Assembly: GCA_034520965.1 (NCBI GenBank)
Contig: JAXHMY010000003.1
Location: 288,001 to 352,000, forward strand
DNA length: 64,000 nt
Direction of reading: 5' to 3'
Source: Spirochaetia bacterium
GTDB taxonomy: Bacteria; Spirochaetota; Spirochaetia; DSM-16054; Sediminispirochaetaceae
Part shown: positions 43,361-54,111 of the stretch, one piece after another
How the letters are laid out: every line of letters starts with the position of its first letter
How positions within the stretch are numbered: the first letter of the stretch is position 1
Made by a program: the position numbers and the translations under genes
The notes under the pieces: model-generated
The model's input: the letters and a program-made list of their open reading frames with translations, nothing else
Database searches by the model: none
What the model was told of the DNA's origin: nothing

Positions 43361-43807
43361 ATGGAAAACGTTAAAGACATTCTTAATCACAAGGGCAATC
43401 ATGTATGGGCGGTGAATCCTGACACAAAAGTACTGGAAGCACTCAAACTTATGGCCGATAAAAACATCGGGGCTATCTTGGTAGTCGATGACAAGGAAGA
43501 ACTGAAGGGTATTTTCTCGGAACGTGACTACGCACGCTACGCGGCTCATGCAAAAGAGGGCGAAGAATGCCCTTGGAACCACCCAGTCTCCCAGCTAATG
43601 ACATCCGAAGTACTGTATGTCACCGAAGATAAAAGTGTCGACCATTGCATGGGCATAATGACCAGCAAACGTCTGCGCCACATACCGGTCATGCAAAACA
43701 ATAAGGTTATCGGTCTAATTTCAATCGGAGATATTGTAAAGGCGGAGCTCGGAAAAAAGGATTTTATTATCGACCAGATGGAGCATTACGTCTGGGATAA
43801 TACCTGA
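43361..43807 (+). CDS. Stand-alone CBS-pair protein
   Basis: KNIGAILVV, GIFSERDY, LRHIPV, GLISIGDIVK. Confidence 0.92.
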   Translation: MENVKDILNHKGNHVWAVNPDTKVLEALKLMADKNIGAILVVDDKEELKGIFSERDYARYAAHAKEGEECPWNHPVSQLMTSEVLYVTEDKSVDHCMGIMTSKRLRHIPVMQNNKVIGLISIGDIVKAELGKKDFIIDQMEHYVWDNT

Positions 43808-43832
43808 CAGCAGTACCCAATAGCAACAAAAT

Positions 43833-43871
43833 AAAACCTGAAGGAGGGCTTCGATAAGTCCTCCTTCAGGT
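43833..43871. terminator. Intrinsic terminator between the convergent CBS and fxsA genes
   Basis: ACCTGAAGGAGGGCTT...AAGTCCTCCTTCAGGT long stem with a T-tract on the minus strand. Confidence 0.75.
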
Positions 43872-43902
43872 CGGAATAGATTACGCGAAGCGGCATGCGA
43901 AA

Positions 43903-44301
43903 CTATCTAAGAAACCCGTTAAAGTGCACATTTCCTCTGTCCATCATTATTTGCAAACGTCGTTTGATCCATTCCCGAATGTAAAGGCGGGTAAAGGGTA
44001 TAAGAATCAGTATTCCAATTACATCGGTGATCACCCCCGGCGTCAGTAGTACCACGCCGGCTCCAAAGATAAGCAAACCGTCCAGCATATCTTCGGCAGG
44101 GAACATCCCCATCTCCATCTCCCGCTGAATCCTGCTCCACACCATAAAGCCCTGTTGCCGGGACAGGTAAGCCCCCAGCACTCCGGTACCTACCACGATT
44201 AGTACGGTAGGGAGGGCACCAATTATTGTGCCGATTTTAATTAATAAAAACAGTTCCACCAGCGGAACCAATGTAAACAGTAAAATAAGTCGTCCGAGCA
44301 T
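43903..44301 (-). CDS. fxsA: FxsA family membrane protein
   Basis: VPLVELFLLIKIG, RQQG, GVVLLTPGVITDVIG. Confidence 0.9.
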   Translation of the reverse strand: MLGRLILLFTLVPLVELFLLIKIGTIIGALPTVLIVVGTGVLGAYLSRQQGFMVWSRIQREMEMGMFPAEDMLDGLLIFGAGVVLLTPGVITDVIGILILIPFTRLYIREWIKRRLQIMMDRGNVHFNGFLR

Positions 44302-44315
44302 ATACTCCTCCTTCC

Positions 44316-47300
44316 TCATATCGAGGATACAATTTGACTTCCCGCTTCCGAGTCTTCACTCACCTGCAGAGCAACTGGAATTTCCTCCCGCAGTTCCTCG
44401 ACATGTGAAATCACTCCTACAATCCGGTTCTCCCTTCGCAGAGACTTTAAGGTGTCGAAGACATCCTGAAGTGAACGTCGATCGAGGGATCCGAAACCCT
44501 CATCCAGAAAAAAGAAACTCTCCTTATTTTGATGGATGCTGTCGGCTAATGCAAGGGCTAAAGAGAACGAGGCTTGAAACAACTGTCCCCCGGAAAGGGT
44601 TTTTACCGAACGAACCCGCCCCCCGTTCAAATAGTCCCGTATTACAAAATCATTCTCCCGGTTTACCTCAAGCCGCAGCTGTTTGTGGGTAAGATGGAAA
44701 AAACGATCGTTTGCCCGTGCGCATAGTTCATGCAGGTAACGAGTGGCCACGAAATTTACAAAGCCCTGGCCCTTGAACAGCTTAGAAAGTTCATTAAGAT
44801 TTTCAAGACGAAGCTCTACACGCTCATTTTCCCGTTGAAGAGCTTCTTTCTGGGTGAACCGATTCTGTAATGACTGCATGTCACTCTGTAATACCGCCTT
44901 CTCTTGCAAGAGCTTCGAGTAGTCCTGTTCCAGCTGTTCAGCCTTTTCACGCGCCTCCTGATGCAAGTCGCTGCGATACTCTATCCCCTGAGTCTCGCTG
45001 CGAAGATCGGTCACTCTCTCTTTAGCCGAAGAGTAGCTTCTATGAAAGGCTTCTATCTCTTTTCGGTCTGTGGCAAGATCGATATCGAGTGCCAGTATAT
45101 TTCTGACTTCTCTGAGTAAGCCATAGTTGGAAACAGAAAGCTGTTCAGCTGCCCTGCGTGCACTTGTTGCAACTTTCTGCGCCTCCATCCTACGTTGTTG
45201 GCGGCGCTCCTGTTCAGTCACACTGGCATTACTTAGATCAATCTCATGCTTTTGCTGCCTTTGTTCGGCCTGCTTATACGCATCTTCAGTCCGCTGGACC
45301 TCAGATCTAAGCGCAGCCGCCTGCTCGAATAGTTGGGCAGTGTCCATATTCCGGTATTCGACCTCTATTCCATCCCCTATTTTTGCAGCTTCTTCGGAAA
45401 TCCGATGCTGCAAAACGGCCTGTTCCTGCTGGAGGGTATGCAGCTGGGTCTGTTGAGAGTACTGTTCCTCTTCAATATCTTTTATTTCCGAATCTACTTT
45501 TTGGATCGCCTTCCGTACCTCATCCGCCTCAGCATGAGCAGATTGTGCAGCCTTCCATGCTTCTCGAAACCCAGTCTCATCATCAGGTAAAAATTCAGTC
45601 CAGACAAACTTTTTGCGATGCAGGGCTAAGTGCTGCTCAATATCTGCAAGCCCGCTCTTTACCTGGGAAATGCGTCTGTCAGGCGGCCGTACACTATATC
45701 GAGACTGCCGGCGCACGCGGTTTTCTGCTGAATCAGACTGCTGCGAAGGGCCTCTAAAGCTTCGATAGTCTTCTCTTTGTCGGAGACCTCCTGTAACGCA
45801 TCTTCTGCAGCCTCAGCCTGTGCATAGGCCGGGCTCGGATGCTCGCGCGATCCGCATACTGGGCATGGATGCTCCGGCCGGAGCAATCGGCTCAACTCTC
45901 TTGCACTATGCTGCTCATCCCCATCCAATATGCTACGCCGCAGGAGGCCCAGTGCCGCGCCTGTGGCATCCTCCGCCGCGTCAAAAGACTGTGCAATTTC
46001 TTTAGATGAACCTGCGGGCTGCGCCTCTGTACTGCTGCTATCAAAGCCGGAGATGCGGTCCGTCAATTCACGATAAAATGCGGAAAGTTCCTGTCGAAGC
46101 TCCTTCAAGCGTTCGTATACTGCTGCCGTCTCTTCGTACTGCTGGGCAGTGTCGGCTATTGAGGCGCTCAAAGACTGAACCGTCTCCGCAGCGGACTGAA
46201 GGCTGCGCGCATGCTGTTCAGCCTCCTGCCGGTACTGCTCCAACTGCTGCTGCCGGTCGTGTGCCTGGTCCAGGAGCTGCTGCCGCCGGCTGTACCATTC
46301 GGCAATCGCATTCATTTTTCCAAACAAAGCAGTTTCATTTTGCAGCACTTCCGATCTATTTTGAAGTGTAGTCCGCTCAAGCTGCAGTTTTTCAATCGAC
46401 GCGGCTATCCGTGCCTGACGCTCTGTAATCTGCTCTACTGAAGAGGAGAGCCCCTCCAGCTCCTTCTGCAGCTCCTTCCGTCTCGATAAGGCCTCAATCC
46501 GCAGGGCCCGTGCTTCCTTTTCAGCTTTCTGTGCATGGCGCTGCCCGGCCTGCTCCAGGTGCTCCTTGCCTGCTGCTTGTTCCTGGGCTATTCTCTTCCG
46601 TTCCTCCTCGGCCTCCCGTTCGCCCCTTTTAAGCTGCCGGTAGCTGCTGATGTATTCATCGATACGCTGCAGTGCTGCGGCAAAAAGCCGGCACTCCTCG
46701 TACTGGTTCAGCTTGGCTTGACGCCCTTCGACCTCGCTTCGTTGTGATTCAAGGGACTCTAAAGTCGATTCGGCAGTTTTGAGTTGGGAGAACAGCTGCT
46801 CCAGCTGTTCGAGTTTCTGCAACTCCTTCCGGGCCGTACTTTTTTTCTCATACAGCTCTTTGGCCTTCTCTTCAACCCCCGCCAAGTCACTCTGATATCG
46901 CTGCAGCTCCTGGGCAGAGACATCCTCCATCATCGACACCTTGCTCTGCACCTCGATGTGATGCTCCTTCGCCTCTTGCAACAGTGACGATGTAGCTGGA
47001 CTCAGATCAAATTTTTCAAGGCTAAAAAGCTCTTTGAGCATGGTACGCCGGTCGTTTGCCCTTAACTGCAGAAACTCCTGAAACCTACCCTGGGGAATAA
47101 TAATCGTTCGGCGGAAATTGTCGTAGGACAGGCCTAAAATCTCCCTGGCGGAATAGGAACGGTTATCATCATGCAGCGCTATGGCAGTCCCATCCTCAAT
47201 TTTGTAGGCACGGCGCTTAAAGCTGCGTACATCTTCATAATTTTTACTATTCCGACTGCCTTCAACGGTAAACAGGTACTCCTGTCCAGCATGAATAAAA

Positions 47301-47545
47301 CGAAAATGGACCTTGAGTTTGCGGGATTGCAGGTTCATCAGATTGTAATTACGGCTGTCCTTGGCACTCAGTCGGTCATTTTCGCCGTACAGGGCTAAGG
47401 TAATTGCATCAAGAATAGTCGATTTACCGCTGCCCACGGGACCGAAAATACCAAACAGGCCGGCGGCTGTGAGGGGCTGGAAATCGATTTCAGCTTCCTC
47501 TCGGTATGAGAACAGTCCTTTAATTGAGAGGTACAGTGGTTTCAA
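44316..47545 (-). CDS. sbcC: SbcC/Rad50-like ATPase; frameshifted near 45690
   Basis: GPVGSGKST, IIPQGRFQEFL, zinc hook CPVCGS, LSGGQ, LDEGFGSLD, ISHV. Confidence 0.93.
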
Positions 47546-48936
47546 CTCTCTTCCTCGGCAGTACTCAGCACTTCCCGAAACAGCTCGGTCAAAGCCTTCG
47601 GCGGCTCAGAGCCCTGGTGTTCAGCTGCATAATACGCGGCAAACAGGGTATCTATCGATTGGCTCACATCGGCCACTTTAGCCTCCTCGGACATTTCAGC
47701 CCCGCGGATTTCCGGAATGATGCTTAAGATTCGATCGTGGGCGGCAAAAATACGGCGGCGCTCTTCGGAACTGAGGTAGCTGTCCAGCTGCAGTGTAAGC
47801 TCTACATACGCATCCTGATGCTCCGCAAGCCACTGTACTGCTTCCTCCGTACTTTCACAGACCGGCCTCAAAACAGGCAGGCCGCTCTGCAGGGGAAGCG
47901 GCTTTACATTGGCCTCTGCACCCGGCTCCAGGTCGACAAGGTATACATACTTCTGCTGTTCCGATTCACTGCGGGAATACGCCAGGGGGCTGCCGCAATA
48001 GGCTGCCGGCACCGGTTTTGGGCACACAAAATGGCCGCGATGCAGGTGACCCAGGGCAACATATTGGCAAAGTGCCGGAAATGCAGAAACAGGAACCGGG
48101 GGCAGGCCCCCTTTATAGAGAATAGGCTTTTCATCCTCGGGTTCAGCCAGGCTCTCCATTGATACGGCGGGTTCTTCAAGCTCGAACTGCAGCTGCTCCT
48201 GCCCCTGTTTTTGATCAAGGTCTCTGCCTGGAACTTTGCTCCGGCCGCTCGTTCTATCGATCGCATACAGGTGGGCCGCCATCACATTTACATCTTCCCT
48301 GCGAAAGGCCGCAGCTGCGGTGCTATCCCACAAATTCGAAAGGCCGGCAATCAACTCGGAGTCAGTTACAGGATGGGCCCGGCTTTTGTCCGGGGCCGAC
48401 CTCTCCTTCCCAGCCCCGTTCTCCTTCGAGCCCTGTTTATCCTCCGGGTCTTGATCTTTTAAAATATCCTGAATACGCCGTTCATTGGCATATGGACTTG
48501 CCAGCACATTAAGAGTAGGTAGACCTTCCCGTTCAATTCTCACCGCGCCGGGGGCCGGAAAAGAGATAGTAACCCCGGAATCTGTGGTTATTCCAGGCAG
48601 CTTGGTAGTGATATAGCCAATTAACACTATTCCGTGCAGACGTGCAAGCGGATCCGGGGCCTGGATTGCGTCGGCTGAATCATGGTTCCCCGCAATAGCA
48701 ATCACCGGTCGAGCACCATTGCAGCTCATTCGCTTTAATGCTGAGTAAAAGAGTTCCTGCGCTTCCGTCGAGGGATTAAACGAGTCAAACAGGTCGCCTG
48801 AAACCAGTACCGCATCTACCTTATGCAGCTCTGCCAGTTCGGAGATCTCATCCAAAACTTGACGCTGCTCCTCTATCCGTGAGAAAAGGTCCAGTCGTTT
48901 TCCTAAATGCCAGTCTGAAGTATGGAGTAGGCGCAT
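47542..48936 (-). CDS. sbcD: SbcD/Mre11-like nuclease
   Basis: HTSDWHLG, SGDLFD, AGNHDS, ALGHLH, YCGSP. Confidence 0.95.
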   Translation of the reverse strand: MRLLHTSDWHLGKRLDLFSRIEEQRQVLDEISELAELHKVDAVLVSGDLFDSFNPSTEAQELFYSALKRMSCNGARPVIAIAGNHDSADAIQAPDPLARLHGIVLIGYITTKLPGITTDSGVTISFPAPGAVRIEREGLPTLNVLASPYANERRIQDILKDQDPEDKQGSKENGAGKERSAPDKSRAHPVTDSELIAGLSNLWDSTAAAAFRREDVNVMAAHLYAIDRTSGRSKVPGRDLDQKQGQEQLQFELEEPAVSMESLAEPEDEKPILYKGGLPPVPVSAFPALCQYVALGHLHRGHFVCPKPVPAAYCGSPLAYSRSESEQQKYVYLVDLEPGAEANVKPLPLQSGLPVLRPVCESTEEAVQWLAEHQDAYVELTLQLDSYLSSEERRRIFAAHDRILSIIPEIRGAEMSEEAKVADVSQSIDTLFAAYYAAEHQGSEPPKALTELFREVLSTAEEES

Positions 48937-48952
48937 ACAGGCGTACCGCCGT

Positions 48953-49636
48953 CTAATTCCCGAGCATCAATTGGGCGTAATTCTGCTCGAGCTTTGTCGC
49001 GGATCCGATATTAAGACTAAGAAAGGCGATAGTCTCCTCACCCTTAGTGTATATTCGAAAAGGAGAGTCCTCAAACCCTAGGTTCCGTAAAATCACATGC
49101 AGCATCACAATCCCTAAACCGGCTCCCTCGGTATAATCTTCTGAGACGGCATATACATCCGCCAGATTATGAGCGTGTCGTGCTATCTCGACTTTTTTGT
49201 TGATGCGCTGCTGCTCTTGTTCCGTTAAGCATACATTATTACGAATGACTACTTTGAAATAAGGTTCTTCAATCTGAAAATGAAATTTTATATAGTAGCC
49301 GTTCTGTTTATGGTGCCATGCATATTTTTCAGGATGCTGCAGTGCTTCCCGCTTAAAACTAGCCATTCCACTGTTATAATCCACAGGATCTTCAATATCC
49401 AGTTGTTTTAAATCGAAATATAGGCGTTTCAAGTTTGCTTTGTGTGCATTGCCGGCTACTTCGTGTATACAATAGCTGATGTTGTTCATCAGCACATTCA
49501 GCCCCACCTCGCTTAAATAGCGTTCCAGCACTGTATCAATGTATTCCCGCTCATTGCCAAGATAACTGTATGAGGTAACTGTTAAAACCTTTTTGCGTTG
49601 AATTGCGTAATCAATGGTGCTTCTGTCAACATTCAT
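48953..49636 (-). CDS. Atypical stand-alone HATPase_c-fold protein
   Basis: N-box-like IHEVAGNAHKAN and G2-box EGAGLGIVML; no obvious DxG G1 box. Confidence 0.6.
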   Translation of the reverse strand: MNVDRSTIDYAIQRKKVLTVTSYSYLGNEREYIDTVLERYLSEVGLNVLMNNISYCIHEVAGNAHKANLKRLYFDLKQLDIEDPVDYNSGMASFKREALQHPEKYAWHHKQNGYYIKFHFQIEEPYFKVVIRNNVCLTEQEQQRINKKVEIARHAHNLADVYAVSEDYTEGAGLGIVMLHVILRNLGFEDSPFRIYTKGEETIAFLSLNIGSATKLEQNYAQLMLGN

Positions 49637-49784
49637 ACCGCTGCCTTAATTATTACTTATTTCTTACCACTTTAAGTTCGACCATTGTAACCCCGTTTAT
49701 CCAATACGTCCAGTAGCATTTATTCCATAACCATGTTATTATTTTCCAAGTAATATTTGAATTTTTGATAGGGGCAGGCAGCAT

Positions 49785-51917
49785 ATGCGTATTCGCACAA
49801 AGCTCGGATTTGTTGAGTTGATTCTAGTCGTCGGATTTCTGATCGCCATGGGCGTGGTAATTTTCTACACCAATTCAATAATTAGATTAAAAGACTTCCA
49901 GGTGCAGTCAAACGTAGTCATGTCCTCTTTACGGAGGATGAATTATCAGACCCAGAGTTTACTGACCACCCGTGCTCCAGTAATAGAGATTAGTGTGCAT
50001 TGGACCAACACCATCAATGAGTTTGAACGAGACCTGGAAGCTCTCTCAGGATACTCCAATTTGATGGTTTTAAGCGACACCCAGAAAAAACAGATGACCG
50101 AGCTTACCGGCTGGTGGGAACAGATCTATCAGTGGTACTACAAACCGGCTATCGACCACTTGCAAAAAATGCAGGGAGGTGAGTCTGGAAGTGCGGTTGG
50201 AAGTCGGGGAATTCTACGCACATTGCTTGAATTACAGTCTGCAGAGGGGGACCCCCCCGGCTTTTTGGGTCAGCTTCATACTATCCGTAACTACCGCGAC
50301 CTCATTATGGATGAGACCCAGACATTCAGTGACCGATTGCTTGAACTAACCTCCAGCATCGAGCAACAAGTAGATAGCAACATTCGGCAAAGTTTCCGAA
50401 TTGTTATTGCCTTGATTGTACTGACTGTCGCGTTTACCATCTTCATTACCACGCGCTTTGCCCACTTAATGGGTTCACGAATTCGAAAGGTTGAACAGGC
50501 GATGCGGCATTTGGCACGGGGCGATTTCTCCACTCAGCTCGATATCCAATCAAAAGATGAGTTTCAGGAACTCTCGGAAAACTATAATATCTTGAAAACG
50601 CAGCTGCAGGAAAAACTGAACTCCGTGCTTGGTTTCATGGTTGATATAAGTAATTCCCTGGCTGAAGGCCCCCAGCTGCAGCGTATCATGAACATCATCA
50701 CCAGTTCAGCTGTAGAAAATACCGATGCCGACGGAGCAGCTCTTTACCTGGTAGACAGCGAGCAGAAAAAGCTGGTTCCCCAGACTTTTTCCGGTGACTT
50801 TATACCTCCTTTTCCGGTTCCGGAAGAGGCAGCTGAATCACAGAAGAAAGCGCTGGAATACGCCCGGGAGACTCAACTTACAATTGGGGAGAACGCAATT
50901 GGAACAGCGGTTGAAAATGTAAAACCCCTGTTTATCCGTTCCGCCTCCGAGCTGAGTAATGGAACGCTTGGTGTTCACCGAGAAAAGGATGATCCCCTGT
51001 ACATTGAGTCGATGATCATAAGCCCGCTGATGATATCTCAGCGTGTGTTGGGAACTATCGTAATGACTAAAAAAGCCGGTGGGGGCAATTTCACAGACCT
51101 CGACTTTACTCATATGCAGACTTTTGCGGACTATGCCGCACTTACAATCGACAACATTTTTAACTACGAAGAGCTGATCGAGAAACGGGAGATGCACCGG
51201 GAAATCGAGATCGCCGCAAATATCCAGAAAGGTCTGTTGCCGCGGGAAATACCTGAACTCCCTTCAACACAAATAGCGGCCTTTTCCCGAGCAGCAAGGG
51301 GAATAAGTGGAGACTATTACGATGCTTTTTTAATTGAAAAGGGAATTCTGGGTGTAGTTGTATGTGATGTTGTTGGAAAAGGAGTGCCGGCATCGCTTCT
51401 GATGGTAATGATACGTACGGTAATCAGACTTATATCATCTCCCCAGCGAACCCCTGCTCAGCTGTTAACCCTGCTCAACCGGGGTATAATCGGAAGAATC
51501 GGTACCGAGCACTTCGCTACTCTGAGTATGTTCAGCTACAACGAAGCGAAAAAAGAGGTCACCTATTCGAATGCAGCCCACCCGCCCCTCCTGCTCTACC
51601 GCTCCTCAGAGGATGAGTTTCTGGAGATTGACACTCCGGGACTGCCAATCGGTATTGAGCAAAAGGAACAGTACCAGCAACGAAAATTTGCCGTTCAATC
51701 CGGGGATATTATTATTCTATTCACAGATGGTATTCCGGAGACTCGCTCACCGGATGGTCGTGAGTACTCTACTGAAACCATGAAAAGTTCCTTAAAGCAG
51801 GTAAGAGGTAAAACGGCTAAGGCAATTTCGAAGCACATAAAAGACGATTTGGACCGCTTTACCGAGGCGGCCGAACAACATGACGACCAGACCCTATTTG
51901 TAATGAAAATTAAGTGA
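49785..51917 (+). CDS. Membrane sensor PP2C phosphatase (HAMP-GAF-SpoIIE/RsbU)
   Basis: 2 TM, HAMP, GAF, IQKGLLP, SGDYYD, CDVVGKGVPA, NAAHPP, FTDG, HDDQT. Confidence 0.93.
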   Translation: MRIRTKLGFVELILVVGFLIAMGVVIFYTNSIIRLKDFQVQSNVVMSSLRRMNYQTQSLLTTRAPVIEISVHWTNTINEFERDLEALSGYSNLMVLSDTQKKQMTELTGWWEQIYQWYYKPAIDHLQKMQGGESGSAVGSRGILRTLLELQSAEGDPPGFLGQLHTIRNYRDLIMDETQTFSDRLLELTSSIEQQVDSNIRQSFRIVIALIVLTVAFTIFITTRFAHLMGSRIRKVEQAMRHLARGDFSTQLDIQSKDEFQELSENYNILKTQLQEKLNSVLGFMVDISNSLAEGPQLQRIMNIITSSAVENTDADGAALYLVDSEQKKLVPQTFSGDFIPPFPVPEEAAESQKKALEYARETQLTIGENAIGTAVENVKPLFIRSASELSNGTLGVHREKDDPLYIESMIISPLMISQRVLGTIVMTKKAGGGNFTDLDFTHMQTFADYAALTIDNIFNYEELIEKREMHREIEIAANIQKGLLPREIPELPSTQIAAFSRAARGISGDYYDAFLIEKGILGVVVCDVVGKGVPASLLMVMIRTVIRLISSPQRTPAQLLTLLNRGIIGRIGTEHFATLSMFSYNEAKKEVTYSNAAHPPLLLYRSSEDEFLEIDTPGLPIGIEQKEQYQQRKFAVQSGDIIILFTDGIPETRSPDGREYSTETMKSSLKQVRGKTAKAISKHIKDDLDRFTEAAEQHDDQTLFVMKIK

Positions 51918-51922
51918 GGTAT

Positions 51923-53089
51923 TTAGAAGCGCATGGCCAGGGTGATAAATGAGATGTCGTGCTGTTCAAAGCGGTTTACATAGCTGTCGAATAGGGTTCC
52001 CTGCCGGCGGCATTCCTCCTGCAGATAGGTAAGATAATACAAGCCAAGTTGATCTTCGTGGTCAGCGGTAAGATGGCCGTAAAACTCCGACAGATCTTTG
52101 CCTTGGGTGTGTAGATGTTTTTTATCCTCAATATCCCTGCGGATGTTGTCTGCCTCTGTAGACTGATTAAAGAACATAATTTGAAAGGGATTAGTTTCGG
52201 TTACCGTGCCATGCCGCCCCTGAATTCTCCAAGAGATGGTAGCTTTCTCATTGTGGGATTCCATGCTTTCCAGTACTTTGAGCCTGTCATTTCTATTTTT
52301 CATAAAGTGCTCTAAATCAACTTTCCCCTGCAGATAACTGTCGACAGCTTTCTGCATCAAGCTTTTTTCAGACAAAGTTGCCAATTCAAGGACTAACAGG
52401 CTCAGGTAATCGGCGATATTGGTCTTTGCCAGATAGCTCCAGACTACTCCATCCAAGGCCTTAATTGTGCTGGAAAAGTTATGGGTCTCGCCCCGTTCAC
52501 GGGCAAGCAATGCCCAGATTAACGGATTAAGTTGTTCTAAAAAATTTTGTCCTTTTAGCCGCAATTGCTGATCTTCCTCCTGCGACATTTCTTCTAATTC
52601 CGGCGAGTGAAGCCTAAAAATCTCTTCAACCGCTTCTTTAAATACCGGCCTCACCTTTTCAAACTGCTGAGTGTACTCTTTATTTCTGTTCTGCTGTAAA
52701 ATAGTCTGGGTATTCAGAGCCCCACCGGGATTTTTACGGTTCCAAAGTACCACCATCGGGGCCTCTTTTAATGCTTTAGCCAGTTTTCCGGAATACTCCT
52801 TATACAGCACTCCATAGGCAATTAACTTGGCCAGATCCATTATTTCGGTTCGTTTGGAGGTAAAATCACTGCGGGACACTTCAAGACGTGAGATATACCC
52901 TGCATACACCAGTCGCTGCAGGGTCTTGGCAGAATAGCTGTGCAGAACAACCGCCCCCGGGTCTACCTGCGTCCTCCCCTGCATGTATTCGTTGGTTCGA
53001 TGCCGCTGGTTAAAAAAGTACTCCCCCTCATCGGTGAGAGTGAGTTGTACGGGCAGTTCAATTATCGAAGACTTAGTATCTCTTCCCAT
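51923..53089 (-). CDS. Hypothetical protein in an operon with the STAS and anti-sigma kinase genes
   Basis: 388-aa ORF starting 2 nt after the upstream stop; no recognised domain. Confidence 0.75.
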   Translation of the reverse strand: MGRDTKSSIIELPVQLTLTDEGEYFFNQRHRTNEYMQGRTQVDPGAVVLHSYSAKTLQRLVYAGYISRLEVSRSDFTSKRTEIMDLAKLIAYGVLYKEYSGKLAKALKEAPMVVLWNRKNPGGALNTQTILQQNRNKEYTQQFEKVRPVFKEAVEEIFRLHSPELEEMSQEEDQQLRLKGQNFLEQLNPLIWALLARERGETHNFSSTIKALDGVVWSYLAKTNIADYLSLLVLELATLSEKSLMQKAVDSYLQGKVDLEHFMKNRNDRLKVLESMESHNEKATISWRIQGRHGTVTETNPFQIMFFNQSTEADNIRRDIEDKKHLHTQGKDLSEFYGHLTADHEDQLGLYYLTYLQEECRRQGTLFDSYVNRFEQHDISFITLAMRF

Positions 53090-53091
53090 GC

Positions 53092-53646
53092 TTAAGAGCT
53101 TGAGATCTCAATTCCAGGCCGTTTTTTTTCGTTAAAATTTTTATATACTGCAATAGCGTTCTTCTTATCATTAAACACCACCCCGCCATCCCAGTACTCA
53201 ACCGCAGCAAATAGGGCATTTCCACCGTCATCCTCGGTACTATTCGGGGTTCGATAAGAGAAATAGTTTTCCAGCTCTTCAAAGTTATGGTTTTCAAAGC
53301 ATTCATTACGCTTATTATTGAATTGGTTCCATTCTTCTACTTGCTGAAACCCCTCACCCTCATCCTCGACAATCAAATGAGCATGCCCGGTACTGAAGGA
53401 GGCCCACACTCTCACTTTTTTAGCCGGATCCTTCTTATTACCGTGGCGAACCCCATTTTTAATAAGTTCGCTTATCTGCTGCTCCAGCAGGTTAATCTCT
53501 TTGATCTCTGCAGGTGCCTTTTGCACTATTAACATTGAAAAAAAGCGTACCTGACGATAATCGCTCGGAAACTCCTTATAAAACATACCGCTCTTATCAA
53601 ACAATGGATGCTTTCCGTCTATGAGTATCTCTTTAGTATGTGACAT
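53092..53646 (-). CDS. RsbW/SpoIIAB-like HATPase (anti-sigma Ser kinase), G2 box degenerate
   Basis: ISELIKNGVRHGN, IVEDEGEGF, DDGGNAL in place of GGRGL. Confidence 0.8.
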   Translation of the reverse strand: MSHTKEILIDGKHPLFDKSGMFYKEFPSDYRQVRFFSMLIVQKAPAEIKEINLLEQQISELIKNGVRHGNKKDPAKKVRVWASFSTGHAHLIVEDEGEGFQQVEEWNQFNNKRNECFENHNFEELENYFSYRTPNSTEDDGGNALFAAVEYWDGGVVFNDKKNAIAVYKNFNEKKRPGIEISSS

Positions 53647-53663
53647 ATTATTATCCCCTTACC

Positions 53664-54002
53664 CTATGCGCTCAATTCTTGCAGAGCTGTTTTTACATCT
53701 TCCACAATTGGAAAATATCCCATCAATTTGGTAAGCTTGATGACTTTTGCAACCGAGCCATGCACATTGGTAATCCGCAGACTATAGCCATTTCGTTTGA
53801 CCGAGGTAAAAATGTGAATAAGGGCACCTACACCACTACTGTCGATGTAATCAACACTCTCGAGGTTAATTACAATTTTTGTAATGTTTTTATCAAGAAG
53901 CTTGTTAATAATATCCTTTAGCTCATGCGCATTATAAAGATCCATATCGCCTTGGACATCTACAATATAAACATCTTTGTATCTTCTGAAACCAATTTCC
54001 AT
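53664..54002 (-). CDS. STAS anti-sigma antagonist (RsbV/SpoIIAA-like)
   Basis: GDMDLYNA, VDYIDSSGVGAL phospho-Ser motif. Confidence 0.92.
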   Translation of the reverse strand: MEIGFRRYKDVYIVDVQGDMDLYNAHELKDIINKLLDKNITKIVINLESVDYIDSSGVGALIHIFTSVKRNGYSLRITNVHGSVAKVIKLTKLMGYFPIVEDVKTALQELSA

Positions 54003-54111
54003 ACTCTTACCTTAAGTTGTGGGGTAATTTTGTCGCCTGTGCAAATAGCGTAGTAAACCGTATCACTATTCAGGTAATACGTCAAGAAAATACTATTTCT
54101 TCAATTTTATC

